64,000 nucleotides of DNA from Myxococcota bacterium. Its GTDB lineage: Bacteria > Myxococcota_A > UBA796 > CAJQPC01. Shown piece after piece: positions 42,307-51,914 of the stretch. A program made the position numbers and the translations under genes. A model generated the notes under the pieces. The model searched no databases. It saw only the letters and a list, made by a program, of their open reading frames with translations, and was not told the origin of the DNA. The stretch lies in assembly GCA_036229005.1 (NCBI GenBank), contig JAZAMN010000011.1, forward strand, positions 96,001 to 160,000, given 5' to 3'. Numbering within the stretch: position 1 is the stretch's first letter; each line of letters opens with the position of its first letter.

Positions 42307-43454
42307 GGTGCCTCCAAGCGCCCGTCGCGCACCACGAGCGGCCCTTGGTGTCCCTCGGGCGAATCCGGACGCGCCAACACATTCCCTCCTAGCACGACCA
42401 CGCCTGCGGGGATCCGGCGGCCGGGGGCGACCCAGACCCCGCTCCCCACCGTGGTCCCCTCCCCCACGCAGATCCCCGCCATCCCCATCGGCGCCGGGAC
42501 GATCTGACCGCCGACCTCCACGCGGACCGGGCTCCCATCCAGGCGCTGGTCCATGCCGGTGCTCCCCCGCTTGAACGCCGCCTGAGGCCCCAGGACACCG
42601 AGCTGCAGGACCCCACCCAGACTCGCTCCGCTGCCGAGGACCCCGAACTTGAGCATCGCCTGCCGCTGCACGACCGCCTGAGGCCCCAGCACACTCCCCT
42701 CCACCAGCGCGAGCGGCTCGACCCGCGCGCCAGGCCCCAGGATGCTGCCTCGGACGACGGCGCCCGCCTCGACCTTTGCGCCCGGGAGGAGCAGCGAGGC
42801 CTCCACGATCGCGTCCGGGTGGACCTCGCCGCCACGAGAGAGCCCCTGCGGGATGCGGCGGGGACCCGAGCGAAAGAAGGCACGGACCACAGCCCAGGCA
42901 GCCCCGAGCCCCTCTCCTCCCAGCTCCAGCCAGAGCGTGGGGGGGAGCAAGAGCAGGTTCGCCCAGAGCAGCCCGATCCAGCTCCGGACCGGGAGGATGA
43001 GCCGATCGCTGACCATCAGGGCCTCACCGCCGGGCACCAGCTCTCCCAGGGGCTTCTCCTGGGGGTCGAGGCAGATCTCCTTGGCCTCACGGATGCGCTC
43101 ACCGAGCGGACTCGGGCTGGCACCGTGCAGATAGACGAGCCCCTCTCCCGCAAGCGAGGACATGCGCAGCATCTCCCCGATCGCACCCGACAGGACGATC
43201 CGGCCGTCCCTGCCCGCCTGCTGCCCAGCTTCCCAGGCGGCCTCGAGCGCCTTGGGGCCGAGCGCACACCCAACGGGGACCACCAACACGGCCCCCTGCT
43301 CCGGGTCCGCGCACGGCGTGAACCCCGCCGCTGCAACCGCGATCACGCTGGCGTCCTGGAGACTGTGGCGCCCCAGCGGGAGGTCCTGAGCGGAGCCAAG
43401 TCCCGGAAGCTCCAGGCTCCCAGACTGCAGCAGCGCGCGCCTAGTAGAGGGCAT
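42303..43454 (-). CDS. Protein with C-terminal hexapeptide (left-handed beta-helix) repeats
   Basis: SILGPGARVE, SVLGPQAVVQ, VGEGTTVGSGVWV. Confidence 0.65.
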   Translation of the reverse strand: MPSTRRALLQSGSLELPGLGSAQDLPLGRHSLQDASVIAVAAAGFTPCADPEQGAVLVVPVGCALGPKALEAAWEAGQQAGRDGRIVLSGAIGEMLRMSSLAGEGLVYLHGASPSPLGERIREAKEICLDPQEKPLGELVPGGEALMVSDRLILPVRSWIGLLWANLLLLPPTLWLELGGEGLGAAWAVVRAFFRSGPRRIPQGLSRGGEVHPDAIVEASLLLPGAKVEAGAVVRGSILGPGARVEPLALVEGSVLGPQAVVQRQAMLKFGVLGSGASLGGVLQLGVLGPQAAFKRGSTGMDQRLDGSPVRVEVGGQIVPAPMGMAGICVGEGTTVGSGVWVAPGRRIPAGVVVLGGNVLARPDSPEGHQGPLVVRDGRLEAP

Positions 43455-45123
43455 GGATGCGCACCCCATTCCCCTCGGCGATGGGCGACTGGACGCTCTC
43501 CAGGTAGCGCACCGCCTCGTCGTGCATGTCCGGCCGGGCCGTGGGGTCTTCGTGGATCACCAGGTAGCGGATGCCCTTGCTGTGGGCAGCCCCCTGTGTC
43601 CGCTGCAGGGGCTTCCCATCGCGGGTCCGCGCGTCCGAGAGCAGCGCGCTCCAGACCGCTCGCGAGGCCGGGTTGTTGGGGAAGTTGAGGGTGCCGGTCA
43701 GCGGCTTGTCATGCGCGGTCTGCTCGTAGAGGTAGGAGCGCCCACCGGCCACGGGGTAGTTGATGACCGCGCCCGAGGGGGCCTCGGCGAGCGCCTGGAA
43801 GGCGGGGTCCAGCTCGAAGTCGGCGTGCTCGGGCAGCCCGGCGACTGGCGAGAGGAGGCGGAGATCCACCACCAAGAGGGCGAGGAGGGCCGGCGCCGCC
43901 CAGGGCCTGTCGATCCGGGCCACCGCCCCCGCCGCGAGGAGCGCGAGCCCCAAGGAGGGAAGCACGGCGAGGCGCCACAAGAGAGAGAGGGACGAGAAGC
44001 CCGGCGCCCCCTCCAGCAGGAAGTACGGGAGTGGGACGGCCAATCGGCGATCGATGACCCAAGCGGCCCCGTCCATGCAGACCACCGGCCCCATCGCCAG
44101 GACGAGCCCCGCTCCGCCTGCGAGCCAGATCACACCGTCGATGTCCTCGTCTGCGCCCCGGCGGCGGAGAGCGAGTGCGCCCCCAGCAGCCAGCAAGAGG
44201 GTGAGCCCCAGGTAGTGCGAGTGGATGAAGCCCTCTCCATACCGGGAGAGCTTGCGGAAGTCGGGGCTGCGGAAGTCGCCGGGGACCCACCAGCCGCGGG
44301 GATCCGCGGGGCCGATGCTGCGCCGGACGGTGCTGAGCTCCTTGTCGGTCTTGATGCCGACCAGGTTCTGCGGGTGTTGGACGCCTGCGCGCACCCCGGC
44401 GGCGACGGGCACCGTGAGCACGAGGGCCACCCCTGCGACCAGGGCACCTCTGCTGAGGCGCTGACGCCAAGGCACCCGCGGGCCACCGAGGACAAGCAAG
44501 GCGAGCCAGAAGATCCAGGCGGTCACCCCCAGATACCAGCTCCCGAGCGCCGCCAGGAAGAGGCCGACGGCGCCCTTGACGATGGCCTTGGCCCCTCCCC
44601 GTTCGAGGGCCTGGAGCATCCAGAGGACGGCGAGGGGGAGCCAGCCGCCTCCGATGGCCTCGCTGGTGCCGTTCTGCATGCCGGAGACGAGCACAGGGGC
44701 GAGGGCGAACGCGACGCCGGCGACATAGCCAGCCGCCTCCTTCCGCCAGAGGTGGACCGCGAGCGCGTGGGCGCAGAGTCCGGCGAAGGCGACGTGGAGG
44801 AGGCAGAGAGCGCCATAGGCCACCAAGGGGCCCGCGAGAGCGACCAGCGGGAGGGCAAGGAGCGCGTTCAGAGGGTCGGCGACCTGGATCACACCGCCGT
44901 CGGGCCAGCCCAGCAGGGTCGTGTGCCAAGGCAGGTCCCCCTGGGCGAGGCTGTGCTGCACGAACCACAGCGACCAGAGGGAGTTGCCGAGGTCGCTCCG
45001 TGCAGCCCCCGGGACCGTTCGGCCCAGCTCCGGGAGCAGCGGCCAGGTCAACACAACCGCCACGCCCGAGTACACAGCCAGACGGCTCAAGCGGGTGGGC
45101 CAGGGAGAGCGGGGAGAGGTCAC
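43441..45123 (-). CDS. Polytopic membrane protein, possibly GT-C fold
   Basis: About 11-12 hydrophobic segments, acidic residue in first loop (SDLGNSLW), soluble C-domain. Confidence 0.65.
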   Translation of the reverse strand: MTSPRSPWPTRLSRLAVYSGVAVVLTWPLLPELGRTVPGAARSDLGNSLWSLWFVQHSLAQGDLPWHTTLLGWPDGGVIQVADPLNALLALPLVALAGPLVAYGALCLLHVAFAGLCAHALAVHLWRKEAAGYVAGVAFALAPVLVSGMQNGTSEAIGGGWLPLAVLWMLQALERGGAKAIVKGAVGLFLAALGSWYLGVTAWIFWLALLVLGGPRVPWRQRLSRGALVAGVALVLTVPVAAGVRAGVQHPQNLVGIKTDKELSTVRRSIGPADPRGWWVPGDFRSPDFRKLSRYGEGFIHSHYLGLTLLLAAGGALALRRRGADEDIDGVIWLAGGAGLVLAMGPVVCMDGAAWVIDRRLAVPLPYFLLEGAPGFSSLSLLWRLAVLPSLGLALLAAGAVARIDRPWAAPALLALLVVDLRLLSPVAGLPEHADFELDPAFQALAEAPSGAVINYPVAGGRSYLYEQTAHDKPLTGTLNFPNNPASRAVWSALLSDARTRDGKPLQRTQGAAHSKGIRYLVIHEDPTARPDMHDEAVRYLESVQSPIAEGNGVRIHALY

Positions 45124-45169
45124 AGGCGTCCGAGCGGGAGCTGGAGTCTATCACCGCACCCGGCGGGAG

Positions 45170-45190
45170 TTATCCACAAGCTGTGGACAA
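45170..45190. promoter_or_regulatory. Inverted pair of DnaA boxes
   Basis: TTATCCACA (perfect)-agc-TGTGGACAA (one mismatch). Confidence 0.7.
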
Positions 45191-45373
45191 CAGCAGAAAT
45201 GGCGCCGACGTGACAAGCGCCCCACAACTTCGCCCAAACCGCTGTTTTTATTGGGGTATTCCCGTGCTCAAAACTTGCGCACGCACTCCCAATCCGATCT
45301 TGTCCGCAAGCAAGGCCCCCGCGTGCTCCCCCTGGGGATGGCGGTTATCGGGCCGATGAAGGAGTGTCTTTCC

Positions 45374-45823
45374 ATGCTGACCCTGCCCCTGTTGATCGCG
45401 TCCCTGTTCACCGCCTGCGGAGAGAAGGAGGCGACCGAGACCGCCGCCCCCGCTGAGGCCGCAACCACCGAGAGCAGCGTGGTCCCCGCAGACAAGAACT
45501 CTCAGGCCTTCGCCGAGAGCCTGTTCGCCGAGGACTTCGAGGGCATGAAGCCCGTTGAAGGCGACGGCGTGGTCCTCACCTACAAGCGCCTGAGCTTCAA
45601 CCCCGACGGGAGCTGGAAGGCCGAGGGCGTGGTCGAGGTCATGGACGAGGGCATGGAGTGTGTCGAGAGCGGCTCCTGGAGCATGGAGCCTGCTGACTCC
45701 AAGAGCGTCGGCACGGTGAGCTGGGACCTGGAGAAGACCAACTGCGCCGGCCGCGAGTCCGGCGGGACGACCCGCGCCGAGTTCAGCTTCGACGGCGGCG
45801 ACTACTCCATGAAGATGCGCTGA
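45374..45823 (+). CDS. Small beta-rich lipoprotein
   Basis: SD AAGGAG; lipobox FTA-C. Confidence 0.75.
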   Translation: MLTLPLLIASLFTACGEKEATETAAPAEAATTESSVVPADKNSQAFAESLFAEDFEGMKPVEGDGVVLTYKRLSFNPDGSWKAEGVVEVMDEGMECVESGSWSMEPADSKSVGTVSWDLEKTNCAGRESGGTTRAEFSFDGGDYSMKMR

Positions 45824-45835
45824 GCAGCCGACGCC

Positions 45836-47482
45836 TCACCCGCGGGAGATGCCGACCGTCTCCCGCGGTGCGTAGCGCTCGACCAGCGACTCCGCCGCGC
45901 GCACACCATCGAGCGCTGCGGAGACGATTCCACCCGCGTAGCCAGCCCCTTCACCCACGGGCAGCAGATCGCGGAGCCCTTCTGCGTGGAGATCCCGGTC
46001 CCGCAGGAAGCGAACCGGCGAGGTCGTCCTGGTCTCCGGTGCGATCAGCAGCGCCTCCGGTCCCGCGAAGCCCGGGATCTTCTTGTCGAAGGAGCGGATG
46101 GCCTTCTTGAGCCCGGAGATGAGGCCGCTGGGGAGCACCTCGCGCAGATCCACGGCGCTCAGCCCCTGGGGGTAGGAGCTGCGCGGAAGCTCGGCGCTCA
46201 CCCGCCCCGCCAGGAGGTCCTCGACCCGCTGCGCGGGCGCCTTGTAGTCCCCGCCTGCGAGCTCGAATGCCCGCTGCTCGATGCGGTCCTGGTAGTCCAG
46301 GCCGCCCAGGGGATTCTTGCTGACCTTGGGGTACTCGGCCGCCTGGACCTGGACGATGATGGCCGAGTTTGCCCAGAACGCCCGTCGCGCCGCGAAGCTC
46401 ATGCCGTTGACCACCACCCGGCCCTCTTGTGCGGTGGCCGGTACGACCACCCCGCCTGGGCACATGCAGAAGGTGTGGGCGGCCCGGCCCTTGTTGGGCG
46501 TGTGGGTGAGGCGGTAGCTCGCGGGCGGGAGATCCCCGCGAGGGCCGCGGTAGCGCGCCTGGTCGATGACGGCCTGCGGGTGCTCGATGCGGGCCCCGAT
46601 GGCGATTGGCCGCGCCTCGCACTGGGCACCCGCCTCGTAGAGCGCGCGGTAGGTGTCCCGGGCGCTGTGGCCGGCAGCGACGATGACGGGCGCTCTGCGG
46701 ATGACCTCGCCGGTGGACAGAGCGACCCCGACGCAGCGACCGCCCTCGGACAGGAAGCGTTGGACCGAGGTGTTGAAGCGGATCTCAGCCCCGAGCTCCC
46801 GCAGCCGCTCCCTGAAGACGGGGAGGATGGCTCGGACCCGGTCGGTCCCGAGGTGGGCGTAGGCGCTGGTCTGGATCTCGGGATCCGCACCGAAGCTGAC
46901 CAGTCGTTGGAAGACGTAGCCGAGGTCCCCGTCCCGGCGCCGCGTGTAGATCTTGCCGTCCGAGAAGGTCCCCGCGCCGCCCTCACCAAACACGACGTTG
47001 GACTCGGGGTCGAGCGGCCGCTTGTTCCGCCAGGTCATGTTGACGGTGGGCACCCGCTGCTCGACGGGCTCACCGCGCTCGATCAAGAGCACCTTCGCAC
47101 CGGCCTCAGCAAGTCGAAGAGCGGCGAAGAGGCCTGCGGGACCTGCGCCCACAACGATCGGACGCACGTCGGGTGGCCAAGCCTTCCTTGGGATCGTGGC
47201 CCTGTCGAAGTCGCCGTAGCGCTCTTCGTCCCGCAGGGTCCACGCCCGGGCGCCCTTGACGCCTCGGGCCAGCAGCGCGGCCTCGTCGCCGCTGAGCTCC
47301 ACCTTGTAGTTGGCGACCCAACGCTTGGCCCGTTGGCGCGCGTCCAGGGAGCGCTTGACCACCTCAAGTGCGGTGATTCGCTCCTCCTCCACGCCAAGCG
47401 CCGCGGCGACCGCAGATCGCTGCTCTTCCACCGGACTCGACTCGTCACCGAGCCACTTCACGCCCATCACCAGGATCGCCAC
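45836..47482 (-). CDS. FAD-dependent oxidoreductase
   Basis: VGAGPAG, FGEGGAGTFSDGK, FCMCPGG, GEGAGYAGGI; SD GGAGG. Confidence 0.9.
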   Translation of the reverse strand: MAILVMGVKWLGDESSPVEEQRSAVAAALGVEEERITALEVVKRSLDARQRAKRWVANYKVELSGDEAALLARGVKGARAWTLRDEERYGDFDRATIPRKAWPPDVRPIVVGAGPAGLFAALRLAEAGAKVLLIERGEPVEQRVPTVNMTWRNKRPLDPESNVVFGEGGAGTFSDGKIYTRRRDGDLGYVFQRLVSFGADPEIQTSAYAHLGTDRVRAILPVFRERLRELGAEIRFNTSVQRFLSEGGRCVGVALSTGEVIRRAPVIVAAGHSARDTYRALYEAGAQCEARPIAIGARIEHPQAVIDQARYRGPRGDLPPASYRLTHTPNKGRAAHTFCMCPGGVVVPATAQEGRVVVNGMSFAARRAFWANSAIIVQVQAAEYPKVSKNPLGGLDYQDRIEQRAFELAGGDYKAPAQRVEDLLAGRVSAELPRSSYPQGLSAVDLREVLPSGLISGLKKAIRSFDKKIPGFAGPEALLIAPETRTTSPVRFLRDRDLHAEGLRDLLPVGEGAGYAGGIVSAALDGVRAAESLVERYAPRETVGISRG

Positions 47483-47612
47483 GGAGCCTCCACGGCGGCC
47501 CTGATAACGCAGGCCGGGCATCGGGTGCCTCAGCACCTGAGGTCGGTTAGCCAAGGCTTCCTGAAACCCGCGGGCCCCCGATGTGGAGGGGCCCCATCGT
47601 CCTGGAGCGCAC

Positions 47613-48620
47613 ATGCCCATCCGCGTCGCAATCAACGGCTTTGGCCGCATCGGCCGCAACGTCCTTCGCGCAGGCTGGGACGACCCCGAGATCGAGTTCG
47701 TCCACCTCAACGACCTGACCAACGACGACATGTTGGCCCACCTGCTGGTCAACGACTCCGTCCACGGCCGCTTCGACCACGACGTGAAGGTCGTCGACGG
47801 CGGTATCGAGATCGACGGCAAGCTGGTCCGGACCTCGGCCGAGCGCGATCCCACCAAGCTGCCCTGGGGCGATGAGAAGATCGACGTCGTCATGGAGTGC
47901 ACGGGTGTGTTCCGCTCCCGCGACGCCGCCTCCAAGCACCTGCAGGCAGGCGCCGGCAAGGTCATCGTCTCCGCTCCCGCGACCGACCCTGACGCGACCA
48001 TCGTCGTCGGTGTCAACGACAGCACCCTGACCGGAGACGAGCGCATCATCTCCAACGCAAGCTGCACCACCAACTGCCTGGCCCCCGCCGCCAAGGTCAT
48101 CCACGACCGCTTCGGCATCCGCCACGGCCTGATGACCACGGTCCACAGCTACACCATGGACCAGCGCCTGCTCGACGCTCCCCACAAGGACTTCCGCCGC
48201 GCACGGGCCGCAGCCGTCAACATGGTCCCGACCACGACGGGCGCCGCAAAGGCCGTCGGCCTGGTCCTCCCCGAGCTCGCCGGCAAGCTGGGCGGCATGG
48301 CCATCCGCGTCCCCACGCCGAACGTGTCCCTGGTCGACCTGGTCGTCGAGCTGGACAGCGACGCCACCGTCGAGGCTGTCAACGCAGCGATCACCGAGGC
48401 TGCCAACGGCCCCCTCAAGGGCATCCTGGGCGCCGAGAGCGCGCCTCTGGTCAGCTCCGACCTCGTCGGCAACCCCCACTCCTCCATCGTCGATCTCGAC
48501 TTGACCGACATGATGGGCCCCCGCACCCTCAAGATCCTCACCTGGTACGACAACGAGTGGGGCTTCTCGAACCGCATGCTGGACCTCACCCGCCTGGTCA
48601 TGGGGAAGAACCGCCGATGA
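47613..48620 (+). CDS. gap: Glyceraldehyde-3-phosphate dehydrogenase
   Basis: INGFGRIGR, ASCTTNCL, WYDNEWG. Confidence 0.98.
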   Translation: MPIRVAINGFGRIGRNVLRAGWDDPEIEFVHLNDLTNDDMLAHLLVNDSVHGRFDHDVKVVDGGIEIDGKLVRTSAERDPTKLPWGDEKIDVVMECTGVFRSRDAASKHLQAGAGKVIVSAPATDPDATIVVGVNDSTLTGDERIISNASCTTNCLAPAAKVIHDRFGIRHGLMTTVHSYTMDQRLLDAPHKDFRRARAAAVNMVPTTTGAAKAVGLVLPELAGKLGGMAIRVPTPNVSLVDLVVELDSDATVEAVNAAITEAANGPLKGILGAESAPLVSSDLVGNPHSSIVDLDLTDMMGPRTLKILTWYDNEWGFSNRMLDLTRLVMGKNRR

Positions 48621-49792
48621 GCGCCTTCGACAAGCTTCAGGTCCAGGGCAAGCGCGTCCTGCTGCGCCTGGACCTCAACGTTCCACTCAAGAAGCGCAAG
48701 GTGGCGGACGCGACCCGCATCGAAGCGGCGCTTCCCACCATCACCTCCCTGCGGGACCGGGGCGCGCGCCTCGTGATCTGCAGCCACCTCGGCCGTCCCA
48801 AAGGCCAGGTGGTCCCCGCGCTGTCCCTGGAGCCTGTGGCCGCCTGGCTCGCAGAGCACCTGGACACCGAGGTCGTGTTCGCCCACGACTCCGTCGGGGA
48901 CGACGTGGAGTACCTCTCCCGCGAGCTCCCCGAGGGTGGGATCCTGGTCCTGGAGAACCTGCGCTTCCACCCCGGTGAGAAGGCCGGCGAGGACGCCTTC
49001 GCCCAGAAGCTGGCCCGGCTCGCCGAGGTCTACGTGAACGACGCATTCGGTGTCTGCCACCGCGAGCACGCCAGCGTGACCGGCGTGGCCAAGCACCTCA
49101 AGCAGCGCGCTCTGGGGCCGCTCATCGCGCAGGAGGTCGCGGCCCTCGACCGCCTCCTCAAGGGCGCGGTCCGTCCCTTCGTGGGTGTGCTCGGCGGCGC
49201 CAAGGTCAGCGACAAGATCGGTGTGCTCGAGGCCCTGCTGGAGCGCTCCGACAGCCTCCTCATCGGGGGGGCCATGGCCTACACCTTCCTGGCCGCCAAG
49301 GGCGAGGAGATCGGCTCCAGCCTGGTCGAGTCCAACAAGCTCCGCCTCGCCACCCGCCTGATGGCCACCGCCGAGGACCGGGGCGTGAAGCTGATGCTTC
49401 CCCTGGACCACGTCGTCACCCAGGAGGGCTCCGACGACCCCATCGTCGTAGAGGAGATCCTCCCCGGGATGACCGCATTCGACATCGGGCCCAAGACCGC
49501 CGCCGCCTACGCAGAGGTCCTCTCCAAGGCCAACTCGGTGTTCTGGAACGGCCCGATGGGCATGTTCGAGAAGGAGGCATTTGCCGGCGGCACCAAGGCC
49601 GTCGCCGAGGCCGTGGCAGCATCGGGCGCCTACACGGTGGTCGGTGGGGGTGACTCCGCCGCTGCCGTGAACCGCTTTGGGCTCGCAGATCAGATCTCCC
49701 ACATCTCCACCGGCGGTGGCGCCTCCCTCAAGTACATGGAGGGCGCCGGCCTCCCGGGCATCCTGGCCGTCCGCGCGAAGGGGGCCCGATGA
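48617..49792 (+). CDS. pgk: Phosphoglycerate kinase
   Basis: DLNVP, HLGRP, WNGPMG, STGGGA. Confidence 0.97.
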   Translation: MSAFDKLQVQGKRVLLRLDLNVPLKKRKVADATRIEAALPTITSLRDRGARLVICSHLGRPKGQVVPALSLEPVAAWLAEHLDTEVVFAHDSVGDDVEYLSRELPEGGILVLENLRFHPGEKAGEDAFAQKLARLAEVYVNDAFGVCHREHASVTGVAKHLKQRALGPLIAQEVAALDRLLKGAVRPFVGVLGGAKVSDKIGVLEALLERSDSLLIGGAMAYTFLAAKGEEIGSSLVESNKLRLATRLMATAEDRGVKLMLPLDHVVTQEGSDDPIVVEEILPGMTAFDIGPKTAAAYAEVLSKANSVFWNGPMGMFEKEAFAGGTKAVAEAVAASGAYTVVGGGDSAAAVNRFGLADQISHISTGGGASLKYMEGAGLPGILAVRAKGAR

Positions 49793-50550
49793 GCCGCCGC
49801 CCCTTCGTCGCTGGCAACTGGAAGATGAACAAGGGCCCCAACGAGGCTGACGCGCTCGCTCGCGAGCTCAAGGCAGCGCTCGCCGACCAGACTGCGGTCG
49901 ATGTCGCAGTGGCCCCGACCTACGTCGCCCTTCCGGGCGTGTGCGCGCGCCTCCAGCACAGCGGCATCCAGGTCGCTGCCCAGGACATCCACCCCCAGGT
50001 CTCCGGCGCCTTCACCGGCGCGATCTCGGGCGAGATGGTGCGCCAGCTTGGAGTGACCTACACGCTGGTCGGCCACAGCGAGCGTCGGCAGCTCTGGGGA
50101 GAGGACGACACCCTGATCAACCAGAAGGTCCACGCGGCCTTCCGCGCAGGCCTGCTCCCGATTCTCTGTGTGGGCGAGACCCTCGCCCAGCGGGACTCCG
50201 GGCAGGTTGAGCAGGTCCTCGCTACCCAGCTCGCCGGTGGTCTAAAGGGACTCGCCGCCGACCAGGTGGCAGCCGTCACCCTCGCCTACGAGCCCGTGTG
50301 GGCCATCGGGACCGGCCGGACCGCCAGCCCCGCTCAGGCACAAGACGCGCACGCGTTCATCCGACGCTGGCTCTCCGAGAACTTCCCTGCCTACGTGCCG
50401 GACGCCGTGCGCATCCAGTACGGAGGCTCCGTGAAGCCTGGAAACGCCGCGGAGCTGATGTCCCAGCCCGACGTCGATGGCGCCTTGGTCGGGGGAGCTG
50501 CCCTCAAGGCCGACAGCTTCGCTGCCATCGTCCAGGCCGCTTCGACTTGA
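49789..50550 (+). CDS. tpiA: Triosephosphate isomerase
   Basis: GNWKM, GHSERR, AYEPVWAIGTG. Confidence 0.98.
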   Translation: MSRRPFVAGNWKMNKGPNEADALARELKAALADQTAVDVAVAPTYVALPGVCARLQHSGIQVAAQDIHPQVSGAFTGAISGEMVRQLGVTYTLVGHSERRQLWGEDDTLINQKVHAAFRAGLLPILCVGETLAQRDSGQVEQVLATQLAGGLKGLAADQVAAVTLAYEPVWAIGTGRTASPAQAQDAHAFIRRWLSENFPAYVPDAVRIQYGGSVKPGNAAELMSQPDVDGALVGGAALKADSFAAIVQAAST

Positions 50551-50613
50551 CAGATCGTGCTCCGGGGAGCAAGTTCCCGGGGCTTTGGGCCCAGCGCCCC
50601 CGGAGACCGGACC

Positions 50614-50961
50614 ATGTCCTTGTTCATCACCATCCTGCACCTGATGCTCTGTCTGGTGCTCATCCTCGTCATCTTGCTGCAGCCCGGCAAGGGTGGCGAC
50701 GTGTCCGCCGCATTCGGTGCTGGCGGCAGCGGCGGTTCCCAGGTCTTCGGTCCGCGCGGTCCGGCCAACCTCCTCTCTCGGGCCACGACCGTGGTCGCGG
50801 TGCTGTTCATGGTCACCTCCATCACCTTGGCGGTCCAGTCCAACACCCGCGCAGGCAACGACGCCGACGCGGAGGAAGAGGTGATCATCGACGATGATGA
50901 AGGCTTCCTGCCGGCTTTCGAGGAAGTGCCCTCGACCAGCGGTGCAGCAGCCTCAGAATAA
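50614..50961 (+). CDS. secG: Preprotein translocase subunit SecG
   Basis: ILLQPGKGG, two TMs, tpiA-secG-tRNA-Leu synteny. Confidence 0.93.
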   Translation: MSLFITILHLMLCLVLILVILLQPGKGGDVSAAFGAGGSGGSQVFGPRGPANLLSRATTVVAVLFMVTSITLAVQSNTRAGNDADAEEEVIIDDDEGFLPAFEEVPSTSGAAASE

Positions 50962-50985
50962 GATCCAAACGGGCCCCAAAGTGCC

Positions 50986-51013
50986 TTGACACTTTGTGGG
51001 CCAGCGTTAAAAG
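50986..51013 (+). promoter_or_regulatory. Promoter of tRNA-Leu
   Basis: TTGACA-N16-TAAAAG. Confidence 0.55.
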
Positions 51014-51026
51014 GACGGAGTCCTCA

Positions 51027-51114
51027 GCGCGGGTGGCGGAATTGGTAGACGCGCTAGGTTGAGGGCCTAGTGGACGTTTAGTCCATGAGGGTTCGATTCC
51101 CTCCTCGCGCACCA
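51027..51114 (+). tRNA. tRNA-Leu (GAG)
   Basis: Anticodon arm CTAGG-TTGAGGG-CCTAG, long variable arm, CCA. Confidence 0.96.
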
Positions 51115-51117
51115 TCT

Positions 51118-51153
51118 CTTCGGCCGGGCCTCAGTGCCCGGCCGAAGTCTTTT
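51118..51153 (+). terminator. Intrinsic terminator
   Basis: CTTCGGCCGGGC-ctcagt-GCCCGGCCGAAG-TCTTTT. Confidence 0.8.
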
Positions 51154-51301
51154 GGGGGGTAGCTCTCGGAGCGGTCGGCTCAGCTCGCCAAAGCCTCTCC
51201 TCGCTTGCATCCCAGACTGAAGAAGCGGCGAGGTGGCCACAAGGGTCAGGAGGTACACCTCCCAAGCCCTGACAGCCTCCTCAACCGCTCTCTCCCCCCT
51301 C

Positions 51302-51320
51302 CCCCAGCGAGGTCACCCGC
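51302..51320 (+). repeat. Dispersed 19-bp repeat copy 3
   Basis: CCCCAGCGAGGTCACCCGC, 17/19 match. Confidence 0.6.
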
Positions 51321-51327
51321 AGCCCGT

Positions 51328-51771
51328 TCAGCTCGCCAGACAGGCCGGACAGACCCCGTACAGCTCATGCCGGTGGTGCTTGAGCCGCCACCCGAGCTCA
51401 CGGACCACGGCGTCCTGGCGTGCCTCCAGCGCCTCGTCCTCGAACTCGTCGATGCGGCCGCAGTTGGTGCAGATGAGGTGGTCGTGGTGGTCGAGGTCAG
51501 CGAGCTCGTACCTGGCCTGGCCCTCGTCGAAACGACGCTCGTGCGCGACGTTGGCCTCCGTGAGCAGCTTCATGGTCCGGTAGACCGTCGCGAAGCCGAT
51601 CCCCGGGTCCCCTTCCTGAACACGCCGCGTGAGCTCTTGCAGGGTGATGTGGCCCCCCTGAGCGAAGAAGCAGTCCACGATCACATCGCGTTGCCGTGTG
51701 TTCCGCTTCCCCTCCTTCTCCATGAAGCGAGCCAAGCGCTTTCGAAGCTGGTTCTTGTGCTCTTGATCCAT
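51328..51771 (-). CDS. fur: Fur family metalloregulator
   Basis: TRQR, ATVYR, HHDHLIC..C, terminal C..C. Confidence 0.9.
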   Translation of the reverse strand: MDQEHKNQLRKRLARFMEKEGKRNTRQRDVIVDCFFAQGGHITLQELTRRVQEGDPGIGFATVYRTMKLLTEANVAHERRFDEGQARYELADLDHHDHLICTNCGRIDEFEDEALEARQDAVVRELGWRLKHHRHELYGVCPACLAS

Positions 51772-51856
51772 TGCAGACTCTCCTGGCCCCCCCCTTAAGA
51801 GTTCGGGGGCAAAGATCCAGCAGCAACCGTCTGCTCCGCGCCCTGCCCAAGGACGC

Positions 51857-51896
51857 AGAAAGGGGAGACAGCCCTGTTGGACTGCCTCCCCTTTCT
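51857..51896 (-). terminator. Terminator of the alpha operon
   Basis: 18-bp stem AGAAAGGGGAG...CTCCCCTTTCT after rplQ. Confidence 0.8.
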
Positions 51897-51914
51897 CACA
51901 CAGGCTGGAGAGGA

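Noticed and set aside
45124..45373. oriC
   Set aside because: Only two good boxes, no dnaA/dnaN nearby, highly expressed genes would be head-on
40982..51114. tRNA-anchored genomic island or prophage
   Set aside because: No integrase, no duplicated tRNA 3' end seen, intervening genes include core glycolysis
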